Part shown: piece by piece, positions 23,665 through 35,601 of the stretch | Position numbering within the stretch: the stretch's first letter is position 1 | Layout of the letters: the number at the start of each line of letters is the position of its first letter | Origin: Tubiluchus corallicola | Taxonomy: Eukaryota; Animalia; Priapulida | DNA: 64,000 nucleotides | Assembly: GCA_030141605.1 (NCBI GenBank) | Contig: JAQGDQ010000435.1 | Coordinates: 133,996 to 197,995, forward strand | Direction of reading: 5' to 3' | The notes under the pieces: model-generated | What the model was told of the DNA's origin: nothing | What the model saw: only the letters and a program-made list of their open reading frames with translations | The model's database searches: none | Position numbers and translations under genes: made by a program

Positions 23665-26600
23665 ATGACAGACTTAGAACAGCAAGTAAAGGGTGGAGGT
23701 GCACCGGACTGGGGACGGTACGGACTGCGTGATGGAGATGAGCGAACAGGGGCGGAGTCACCTTATACAGCTGAGAGTGGGAGATATCAGCATGATGCCA
23801 TGCAAGAAAATGAATTATATACTGATGACCAGAAAGATCAGGTACGTATAACAAGGTCATGTTACGGAATAGAGGAATAGAGGTAAGATGTAATAGCTGT
23901 GTGGTCATGGTCAGTTCTTGCAGACGAAGTTAAGAATGGAGCCAAAGCTGATCAAGGATTGATCCAAAACTTTTTAATACTTGTTCTGGGCGGCTCACTC
24001 GTCATACCACTTCTGGTTGTTTATCCCATTTTTCTGCCATTTTGTGATCTACATGCATAACCTTCATAATAGCCAAGTTGGCCACAACTATCTGTGTTGA
24101 ATAACAGTAACTATTGAGTGTTGTAACTCAGTAGATTCAGTTATATAAAATAAACGCTGGGCACTGAAAATTGTGGGAATGTAGCATGCATTTTGCAAAA
24201 TTTTACATATAATCATCTGTAAAGCTATTTGTCAGGTCACTAACTAATGTTCGAATCAGGAAGCTTCTTGTTCAGAGGCAGCCTTGATGTTTGGCAAGTT
24301 ATGTAAACATGCTTCATTGACGGGGCTGGGGGTGGGACGCTCTTGGCCTTATTTCATGTACTCTGTTATAGTTCAATAAATTCTTTTATACTGCACTGTA
24401 CTAGTACAAATTGTCAATTGATGGGATTTAGTGAGGCTATTGGACTAGTTTATGAGGTTGAATCATTGCTTTTTCTTGATTAATGCTTTACAGTTGGGTA
24501 AGTTACTCAAAAAAAAAACAAATGGCTGTAGAATTTCTTAATTTTTGGTTTTCGTACTATTAGCATCGTTAGTATATCTCGTGCATAATGTACAGTGTTT
24601 CTTGATCTCATTCTGTTCTGCAGAAACCTTGGTGGAAAGCAAATTTCTTCATTCGGGAGCCAGTACTGTTTGGTACCTGGGACGGAGTTTTTACATCCTG
24701 TATGCTGAACATATTTGGCGTAATCATATTCCTTCGCACAGGTTGGATGGTGGTAAGCACTTAGAGTTCTCTTGGCACTTTTCACTGTTGTTCTTAAAAG
24801 ACAGATATAGTATGTTAAAAATGTGTGGTAGAATTTATTTTGGCAAGTTAAGCGTATTGTGCTGCTTAAACTATAAATGCATTCATTGCTTTTGGACATT
24901 TTGTGCACTGGAGTAATCAAATTATAAAAAAATTTGTGTACTTTTGTAGCAGATATGTAAAGTAAACAACTGGTATTTTAGCTAGAAAAGTATTTGTATC
25001 TGGCATGCAATTTTTATGTATTTTAATTACATATTCATTTCTAATTATTGCTGGGCTGGCCGCAAAACAGAATTTGCTTCTGGCTTATCTCATGAGCTCA
25101 AAAGATGTCAGTAAGGATTGAGGAAATCTTTTTTAAAGCTTTGTGAATGTTTAAAGCTGAATTGTGTAATATTTAAAGTGAGTTGTTATCAAAGTTTGTT
25201 TATTTCCCACTGGTTAGCAGTAATGTTTTAAATTCCTTCAATGCACATTTTTCTCACGATTAGTTTTTTAGTTCTTTATTTCGCATTACTAAATTATTGT
25301 ACAATTACCGATTATCATATAGACTCTTTTTTGTACGGTATCATCAGAACATTTGTTCTTATAGTTATGGTATAAGCGGCAACACTACTCGGCCATTAAT
25401 ATGCTGATTTGGCGGAAAATACATACTTTTTGGCCCACAATACGATAACAAGCATCATAGAGAATGAGAACCCTGACTGAGAGTTAGCCCTAGAAAAACA
25501 TGGCTGCGTCCTATCCAAAATGACGATGTTATAATAATTATTGTATTTTACGTTTTAAATTAAAAACTGCTTTTATATGGCTGTGGCAGGTAAGTCTTTC
25601 AGCTGGGTGTGCAATAAAATTAAATGTACCCGGGCGATTAGACAGACACAAAAGTATTTTTATTGTCAGCCCTATCTTATTTATTCGCATTGTCCATGCA
25701 ATCATAATGACGTAAAATAATATCCTGAAGATCGAATCAAGGTGGCGATCAATTTGGTCTTATAATGTATTTTAGTTATGGCCTGATGATATGACATTTA
25801 CCTTCTTGTTGTGTATTTTTTGTAGTTAGCTTCCAAAGTAACAGTATCAATAACTTGAGGTTTCAAATAAGCTTTAAATATTAAGATATATAACTAGCAA
25901 TATGTTGTTAAATACATTTCCTTTATTTCGTTTCAGGGCAATGCCGGCATACTCATGTCTATAATCATTATTCTTCTGACGGTCCTAATGGCACTCTTCT
26001 CCGTTCTGTCTGGCATTGGCATCTGTGAGCGTTGTCGGGTGGAAAGTGGCGGCATTTACTTCCTGATCAGTTTTGTACTCGGTCCTCGAGCAGGAGGTGC
26101 TGTGGGAATAATCTATGTCTTCGGGCAGGCAGTTGGAGTGGCGCTGTTTGCAACCGGCTTCGGTGAGTCAATGAGCTCTCTGATCAGCAATGACAATCCT
26201 TGGATTTCCCGTGGTATCGGCACAGCGGTCTTGATCGTACTCAGCGCATTTAATGTAGCTGGAGTTAAATGGGTAATTAAGCTCCAGTTAGTTCTTCTCT
26301 TCGCTCTCTTCATAGCCATGTTAGATTTTGCAATCGGTTCGTTCCTGCGTCACGACATTGCACACGGCGTCGTCGGTTACAGCAGAGATGTACTCATGAA
26401 CAACTCCCGTCCGGATTATCTGGCGGACCAGAATTTCTTCACTGTTTTTGGGGTAATCTTTCCCACAGCCACTGGCGTCTTTGCCGGGATCAATATGAGT
26501 GGAGACTTGCGCAATCCAAGCAAAAACATTCCCATTGGCTCGCTGGCGTCTATTGGTGTCAGTGGGTTTCTCTACTTAATGTGTTTATTGATACTCGGTG

Positions 26601-27718
26601 CAACATGCACCCGTAGCGCCCTGCAAACTGATTACATGATTGCGGAGAAGGTCTCCGGCTTGCGTATTGCTTGGCTTTTAGGTCTCTACATCTCCTCCCT
26701 TTCTTCGTGTTTGGGTGGTCTGTACGGCTCTCCGCGGATCCTCCAGAGTATTGCAAATGAAAATGTCATACCAATTATCCGTGTTCTTGGTAGAGGGCGT
26801 GGTCCTAACAAGGTTCCTGTTCTGGCACTTGGTGTCACAGTTCTGGTGTCATTGTTGTTTATCTTAATTGGTCAGCTCAATGTGTTGGCACCCATTGTTA
26901 CAATGCCATTCATGATAACTTATGCTGCCATTGACTACGCCTACTTTGCTCTGGCAATGTCGTTTGACATCCAAAAGCGTCGCGAAACAAGATTCGGCAA
27001 GGGTGCTCATGACGATGACACAATGGCCATCCCTGGTTATGGCACAGCAGAAAAGCCCGGCCTGCCCAATTCTAAAAGTAAATCTCTGGAAAAGTTTAGC
27101 GATGACCTTGACAGGCTTTTTCCGGAACGTGTCGATCCGAAGCACGGTGGTCCTTTGCAGCAGGACAGTCTCGAGCGCCCTCACTCACCAACATTTAAAC
27201 ACGATGTTGATCGTGGTGAAATTGTGCAAAAATCAGTCAGTCAGCAAAGTTTCTACAGTGACGCCAGCGACACTTCCCACCTTCTGGATGCTGTCAAACC
27301 AGCTGGCGCTAAACCTCAGATAAGCAAACAGCCCGAATCTTGGTATTCAATGCTGTGCAATCGCTGGATTGCTCTCCTTTCTGCTATAGTCAGTCTCACC
27401 ATAATCTTCCTTGTGCAATGGCTTTATGCCCTTTGTAATCTCATCTTCCTTGGCTTGGTGTATGTCTACATTGCTTGGGCTAACCCTGGCCTGGCTCCCG
27501 GCATCGCTGACTTTAGTTTCATAAGTTGGCTGCGGTCACTGTGGAACCGCTGTCGTGGACGGGACGAGGAAGAACAGTACGTTGTTACTCCATCTCACCC
27601 TGGAGTGGAGACGACTGCTGCTCAGCTTACAGAGGATAATGAAGATTTTGCCTCCCGGGGCCGCTACCATCAGAAGACAGTCGTACAGGGTGGTCACTTT
27701 GATGATGATGAAGATTAA
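23665..27718 (+). CDS. SLC12A8: Solute carrier family 12 member 8 (cation-chloride cotransporter family); coding exons 23665-23841, 24624-24752 and 25937-27718; about 695 aa
   Basis: Exon 2, absent from the ORF track, reads [43 protein letters not shown]. Exon 3 has [39 protein letters not shown] and a C-terminal [16 protein letters not shown]. All junctions are GT-AG and phase 0. Confidence 0.95.
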
Positions 27719-30700
27719 CTGATCGTGATGTTAGTTATTTTTCTGCATGCAGGCATATGGAGTACTTAAACTTTTGCATGTCCTTCAGAAGACGGGTTGG
27801 AATTTGCTAACTACTTTCTAATGAGTACTCAGGCCTAGCACTCACAGTAAACATGAGTTTACTCATTTTATTTGCTCCCAGAAAGTCAAGGGCTGGATGT
27901 TACATGTAAATGCCCAAACTCCCCCCTTTGAGCATAATACTCCATCTCTGCTCTTGTTGGTGTAATACAACTTTTGCAGCTTTGCTTTTATTGTTGTTTG
28001 TTCTGTATCATATCTAGACTTTTTGTGGTTAAGTTAGCTGTCTAAGTCTTGCTTGGAAGCAGTACTGCATCCCAGAAAACGGGTCCAAATCTCATGCCAA
28101 AGTTTTTAAGGATGTTGATATTTTTATTGATTTTAGCATTTTATTCGCATGGCTACGTTGCTGTTATCTTACATTCCATTGCAAAAGCGTTTTAAGCTTT
28201 GTAGTTATCCACGAGCTTCGTGTTTATTGCACATTCTAGACAGTATGTGTCTTGAGATTTTTCACTATGAAAACCACTATTTTTGGACTATAGTAATTTG
28301 CACATTTAGTAATCAAAGTCTGTAGATGCTCTTCTGTTTATATATTTAAGTGCTGCACATGCTCACAGAGAGGTGGGCACAATGTTGTACAATACAAAAA
28401 CTGAATGGTAAAACAGCCCTTGAGTGACACACATGTGAAGTATTTTTGGATATGTAGGTTAGCAGTTTCTCTCTTCACGCGTATGACATTCAAATCTATG
28501 TGTTCTGTTAGACGTTTTTTATTGAAATTTTGCAGTTTCGATCGTCATGCTGTTGTACTACATTGTGTTTGTTTAATGCATTTCTACAACCATATAATGA
28601 TAGTAAGTGGTGATAGTTTTTTCTACAAAACTAGTCAAGCTGTACAACATTCTGCTTGGTCGCTGCTGTTGAGTCATCAATTCCAACTTGCAGTACATCG
28701 AATTATATTAAAAAGTAAGCAGTTTTGTGAACAGTTCTCTCTCTTTCAGGAGTTCGCTTAGTCGTAGTAGAACTTTTAATACCATTTTTTGCTGTTTTTT
28801 TTCTGATGTTGCTGGTATTCTCAATCACAGCAGTACAATGTGTGATTAAGCCTGCACATTAACTACACCAAAGATTTTTTCTAGTCTTCTTGTGCTGCTA
28901 CTATACGTCTTCATAAATCATTTCTTATTGAAAAAGTTTATTTATTGATTATAGAGTATATTTACTGACGTGTCTTTATCTGTTTTAGCTTCTTTTAATC
29001 AACAAATATTTGAGCCATGTTATCAAATCATATTTTTAACCTATTCAGTCGTTGTTTCTGGTAGTCTGAGTTTGGCTTTTAACTGCTGGCGTGTAACCAA
29101 ACAAATATTGTAATGTATTGAAAATGTCTTCTCTCTGGCTTTTGTTTTTGCTCAAGCACTCAGCTTGTGTTTACACAACTTGCCAACAGATGGCATAGTC
29201 TACTACAATTTGTAATGATGAATAGGCTGCCGTCTTTGTTTCATTTTATAAATTATTATGGAGAAATAAAATTTTAACAATGACCCGAGCAAGTAAGTGG
29301 TTTCATGTAAGTTTTAATATACAATTTTAACATTTTAACTGTTACGTCTGGCGCTTTTGGTACTTATGTAATGTCTATGTATCTGCGTGATAGAGGCTGT
29401 GAACTTAAATCATTTAATTTAGTGCATGTGATATAGTGTACGTTGTAGATGTTATTGTTACGTAATTGTTAATTTTTTTGTTTCCATTATTTTCTGTAAT
29501 TTATTAAAACGTTTTAACACCATAATTGTTAAATTCAATAAAGGAAAAGTACAGCTTTTTTAGAGTATATTCTTGCTGTAAGTGTATATAATATAATGCT
29601 GATTTTATTTGGTGGAAAAGCTTGTAGGACAGATTTGCTTTTGCATGGTTAATTAAATTTAGCATAGCAAAGCGCATGACAGCAGATAGATTAACTTCTG
29701 TATGCTATTTTATACATTTACAGTAAAATGCTATTACAATCCTGTACTAATTCACTTGAATTCAATTTACTGAGTCCATTTAATATTCCCCCCTCCATTT
29801 TAAGCATTTTACAATTAAAACCAGCCATTTAATGTCTTGTTATGATATTGAATGCTAACTTAAAGTGCATTTCTCCCAAATTAAAAGCATTTCACGGTGA
29901 TTAGAACACATTGGCCTGATGGCCTGGGCGACTATTAAAAAATATTTGATTTTAATGACAAGATTAAGTTTTTCAAAACAAATCCAGCTATTAAAATAAT
30001 TATTATTACCTGATTAAAATAGTGATACATGTATTAACTATATTGTTGTCAGTTACTGTGTACAAATATACAGTCTTATGTATTCTGCATTCACAAAACC
30101 CATCCAGCATCATTCTCAGACAGTCATGAATTTGCGATGGAGACAATAAAACATGGACTTGTAAATTTAATAATATGATATAAAATGTAATTTGTTAAGT
30201 TGGTTACAACTCTATGAGGTTTCAATAAATGCCAGAGCATTAACTGTATCATGACACATCTTGTTCATTTAGTCTAATCTCCAATTTTGTGGTATTGTTT
30301 GGAAACTATATTATTATTTTATTCAGAGAGACCAAATCTTGCTCTACTTGGTTATAGCTAAATGCTGTGGAATTATACACCACAAGACTGTATGTATTTA
30401 ATTACTATAGCTACTTGTTTATCAATGGATAATAGCAGACATTTCTGCATTTGCGCTACACTTAAACAGTTATGATTCTTTGACATTTGAATGACAATCG
30501 AAGCTACCGTACTTACTTTTAATGCACACAGTGTATGACAAGTGAATTGCCTGAGATTTTGTGATTTGAAATAATCAAATAGTCTGTGGCAACTATAGCC
30601 ACAAATAGTAAAAACAGCATAAGATTAGGTGTAACTTACTGTTTCAGTAATTGTGGAAAAAATGTAGAATGATCTCTTTTGTCATTTTATCCTGTGATGA

Positions 30701-32757
30701 TTTACCATTTTTAAAATACACATGGCACCACAATAAGCGTAATACTGTGGTGTAGCATTTATATAATAATTAAACCCATTAGCCTAACAAATTATGGTGT
30801 GCACACACTACTTTACAACATATGTACTATTCAGTTTTCACTTGTATGAATGTTTTGTGTACATAAAATCATAAAAAATGACCAAATGTTACTATTGTGA
30901 TGTGAAAATTATTTATTATTGTCTGTGATTATTGCATGATAAATTGTTAATCTGTCACAGTGGTGGATCTAAGGATTTATTAAAATTAAGAATTGAAACC
31001 AGTCAAGTGGAGTATTTGAGGTGTGGAAATGTTAATCAAATTTGGAAATGTGACAGCAAATAAAGTTAATATATCACTATGAAATTTGTGCTTTTTTGTT
31101 TATTACAATTGAAAAAAGGATAAAGAGCAAATATGAATGGCTTTACTGTCCTTTCTAAATGCTCTGTGGGTTTAAAATAAATGAAATAGTTTTGAAATAC
31201 AATTGAATAACCATCTGTCAATAAATCTGCTTTGCCAAAAGTCCATTTTACACAAATATACCCCATTATAACACCAACAAGATAAAGCATGACGAATTGC
31301 TGTCTATTGAATCTATTGTAAAAACAATAATCTCTGCACAGAAGAGCACTTACGATGTTTAAACTAAGATTTAGGTTTCGTACCTAGTGACTGTATGGAA
31401 CTGAATGTCGAAGTTTTGAGCAAGGAGCGTGCATTTAACAGTACAAGAGCTGCATAGGTAAGGTTCAATATTGATGTGAATTTAATAGCTGTCATTTCTA
31501 CTGCTTTGACTTAAGGTCAACTTATGTACGATGGCTATTTATAGTCATATTTGTCCAGTAATGTTACACGGCTGGCTTACGGGACCATATTTCTCTTATC
31601 AGAAGTTGGATAATTACCAGTATTTCACATTATTCTACACGCCATGTTATGTAAAAGTTTTGCAATGTGCCACCGTAGAACTACATCTGCATTGTTAATG
31701 CAACAAAAATGAGCAGTATAACACATGTATTAACACACACATAAAAATACTAAACCTATTTATCAGATATTAAAATTAACTAAGAAACAAAAGAGAGGTT
31801 GCACAGCAGAATGGCTTTGATAAACCTCACCTTACCGCCAACCTCACTATAACGCCATATTCAGTGGTGTCCCAGACTTGGTGTTATAATGGCATTTGAC
31901 TGTACCTGTATACGTTGCACAGTAGCTCTTGGCACTTCAAACGCATCAGGATGAACACACACATAGTTCTAAAGCTAACACCATCACAGCATCAAAGCAA
32001 CCAGCTGCACAATTTTGTACAACTATTAAGCGCACAAAAATGCCAAGTTAGAAAACTTACTGAGAAATTAATTGTGGAGATAAGAAGCATTTCTTTCTTC
32101 GAAGTTTGTTTAATACAGGACTCTCCAGCTGTATTAAAAAAGGGCAAACTTCCATGAGCTGCCAAAAAGAATATCTGGAAGACAGTGCAGAGGTTGACAT
32201 TCAGCAGTCAGCATTGTCAAGTCTTCATAATAGGTACACCTAATCAAAGCTGGGACTATTTTGTTACATATCGTAGTACGTTAAGGCTGCAATAATTATA
32301 AACCTATGCATATATATCCAAATACAAACACTTTGTTGCTATGTACAAAAAATATCACAGAATTTCTTATGCACTGTGTGAGCAATGAGCATAGTATTGC
32401 ATAAGCAAAAAGGCACTTTCATACGTAAACATATTTTTCCAGTCTGTAATGCCTACCGCTAACTGTGATGTATAATTTAATGAATCCTCAGTGTAACAAA
32501 AAACCAGAAAGCATACAAAAATTACCTTAGTAAGACTTTCAAAGTAAAATAAAATAATGCATGTTTACTGAATCATAAATTTGTACAAAAAAATGGAAAT
32601 TTAATACTATAATAAGCTACATTTTTACATATTATATTTTCACACTTATAAGCGGCCTGGGTAAAAAAAATAAGTCTCTGTCAATTATGATAATCAAACT
32701 ATAAATACACAAGTCTCACCATAAATTTAAAAACCAGGAGTGTATTGTTCTTTTTTG

Positions 32758-33790
32758 TTACTTTTTTCTTGCTTTAGGTTTGGTATCTCCTCCCAGCCAA
32801 CTCGTTAATTTTTCCGCCATATCCGGCATTTGTGGCTGCGGCATTTGCTCTTGCATGTTGGCCATCTCCTTCTGAGTGTCAGGATCATTCATATTCACCA
32901 TCTTTGGCAGAACGAACAGCAGCAGCATTGGCAAAACCATCATCAACACCATCGGACTAAACAGCATGTCCGTAATCCGCCATGTTTCTCGCTTCTGGAA
33001 GTAATTTGCTGAACCTTTCATTTTAAACCGGAGTGGGTAGCTTACAGTTTGCACCTGTGACGAGTGGGTTTGTATATAGCTCAGCTTTCTTGCACGAACC
33101 TTGCCCTGCAAAGAACAATAAAGAAATACACGTTGGGTTATCAGGAAACAAAAAGAAAAAGTGCTTGCACTTAAAATAGTGCGGCATATCATAACTTCTG
33201 AGATATTATTTCACATAACCAAACAAATGCAATTAAAGTTCAAAGTCAAATCTTTCATTTCTTTATCCAAATCAAAAACAAGGAAGATTAGTATAAATTA
33301 AGTAACCAAACAAATTGGAAAGGTTGGCGAAAAACATCAGTTATCGAATCAGCCATCCCTTATTTATTTACCGTTAAAAATGGACTAACACAAATAATTG
33401 TAATGCAACTAATATAATTATTATTATTTACGAATAAAAATTAAAAAACACTATTTTTGTTTAAGTCAGGAAATTTCTTACCTTACTATTAATATCCACT
33501 CGTACTGGTTCATATTCAAAATCAGCATTTATGACTTCAAAAACGTAAGATGAGCCCGCGGGCAGATTTTGCACCTGAAAACTGCCATCCTCTTTTAAGA
33601 AACCTAAATAGTGGCCACCATCAACGTGAATTTTTGTAACCTGCGTCCAATTTGGATAATACTCCTTAAGTGACTGCACCTTTCCTTCTATGGTAACTAA
33701 GATTTTGGAATCATCGTTTGCCAAAGAGAAATGTAAATCACAAAAGCTAAAAGTCAACAAAAATAAAAAGCTTTCCACGAACAGCGACAT
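32758..33790 (-). CDS. EMC7: ER membrane protein complex subunit 7; exons 33790-33482 and 33105-32758; 218 aa
   Basis: Signal peptide, GFLKEDGSF, YEPVRVDINSK|GKVRARK, YPLR, YFQKRETWRITDMLFSPMVLMMVLP, DPDTQKEM. The GT-AG intron is phase 0. Confidence 0.95.
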
Positions 33791-33925
33791 GTTAGGTACA
33801 GCAAAAAAGACAATCCTTATATTTGTTTGTTCAGCAACAGTTAATTCAAGAAATTTTATTTTTAGATACAGTTTCGAAGATTCAGATTCATTTTATTTCC
33901 TTTTCCCCCTTATATTACTGTAATA

Positions 33926-34264
33926 AGGGGTGATTACTAACACTATGCATTCGCATAATTCAGAACTTCAATCACATACGTTCTATATCATTAAAGCGTA
34001 TGAGACATCATGCAATTAGCATAATTTAGCTGTGATTTCTGTGCACAATTTTTAAACAAATTATTTATTAGTGGTTTCACTGCAGAACAAAATATTTTAA
34101 CATGCATGATCTTTGTAAAACAAATCTTAATTGTTGGTTCGAAAACTTGTTCGAAAATCTTTCAGTCTCAATTTGAATTCGAAATACCGAAGTTCAACTC
34201 GATTCAAACTCGAAAGTCACAAATTCGATTCGAATTCGCTTTCTGGTAGAGAATGTTCACCCCT
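33926..34264. mobile_element. Possible hAT-like MITE remnant between the divergent EMC7 and ANK-cGLR genes
   Basis: 8-bp inverted ends AGGGGTGA (33926) and TCACCCCT (34257-34264), with many subterminal TTCGAA/ATTCGA motifs at 34138-34238. No clean 8-bp TSD. Confidence 0.3.
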
Positions 34265-35601
34265 ACCCTACTGTACGGCATGTAAGCGTTACAGAATGAA
34301 GCCAGAACTTGACACAGTGACCTGATCTTAGTGAGTGGTCTCGCGGTATAACAAGCTTGTTTTTTGCGTTTACCAATCATGGCAGGTCGCAGTCTTGACT
34401 GTTTTGCCCAGTATGTTGTGTAGTGAATATTATATAAAGTTCTGCTGCTTTTTGTGTGACTGATAACGGTAAGTTTAAGTAGGGGATTTAAAAATACTAC
34501 TATTCGGTCTCTAACACTAACAGTGATTAGACGTAGACATGGTAATGGGAGTACTATAATTTTGCGTATTCAGCTGCGTGACCTTATTCAGACAGTGATA
34601 GAATTTAAAGAAATTATGTAGGTCGTTCTTGTGCGATGTGAGAGTGCCTTAAAAAAGAACCACCTAAACTGCAAACTACCCATAGATTTATTTATTACAG
34701 GTTACTGTAACATCGTAGCTTATCTTTGTGATGATTAGCATAAATACGCTCGAGGAATTCATATTTCCGTCAAGAACGTATTTAGCAAGTGTAAAGCCTC
34801 ACCAAGATTTTTTTTATTTTATTCAGCTTCCTGTAACAATTTTAAAAGATAAGGAGTTAGAATTTCAAAATACGATGTGCCATTGACTTTTGGTTTGACG
34901 TTATAATAATTATGCTGGTGATGATGGTTGGGGTGGTGATGATGATGATGATCAACGATGATGATAATGTTGATAGCAATGGCGGGTGATTGAATTGAAG
35001 TTTTTTAGTAGAAAAGCTGTCACGTTTTTGCTGTTTTGTAGCTTGCACAGCTTTATGTTAGACCGAGTGATTAGCATGTGATTGGCTGCAAAGTTAAGTA
35101 GTACCAGCTTGGCTAATAGTTAGGTGGGTTTTCATGGGAAAATGACATTTGGGTCATTTCATCTGATATATATATCTTACTCTTATATGAAGGAGGGCGA
35201 ATGCACACTGAATCATTTCAGTGTTGTATCTCAAAGTGCTGTAACCTTGATAATGATCTATCTAGGATCGAGGTTTTAATTCGGCTGCAACTGTCAATAT
35301 TACTCAATAGGCCATGCCTTAAGTGCTGATTATTGAGCCAAAGTGAGCCAAAACCAATATGAGTGTCACATTGTGTTATATTGTGCATGTATGCTGCAAA
35401 TCGCTCTAATTTTCTTGATACTATATGTACTACTTTATTTCAGGTTATTGAAATATGGACTGAATTTCGGCCCCAAGGGAGTAAAAGTCACAGTGGATTT
35501 TTTTATGAGTGAACTTGAGGAATCTCTTGAGTGTGTCTACTAAGTGTTTTTACAAATACAATACTGGGAGCATCTATGGTATTCACTCGTGATTCAACAA
35601 A

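Noticed and set aside
24507-24920. Overlapping ORFs 24507-24920 (-) and 24545-24916 (+)
   Set aside because: The real coding sequence here is SLC12A8 exon 2 (24624-24752) in a different frame.
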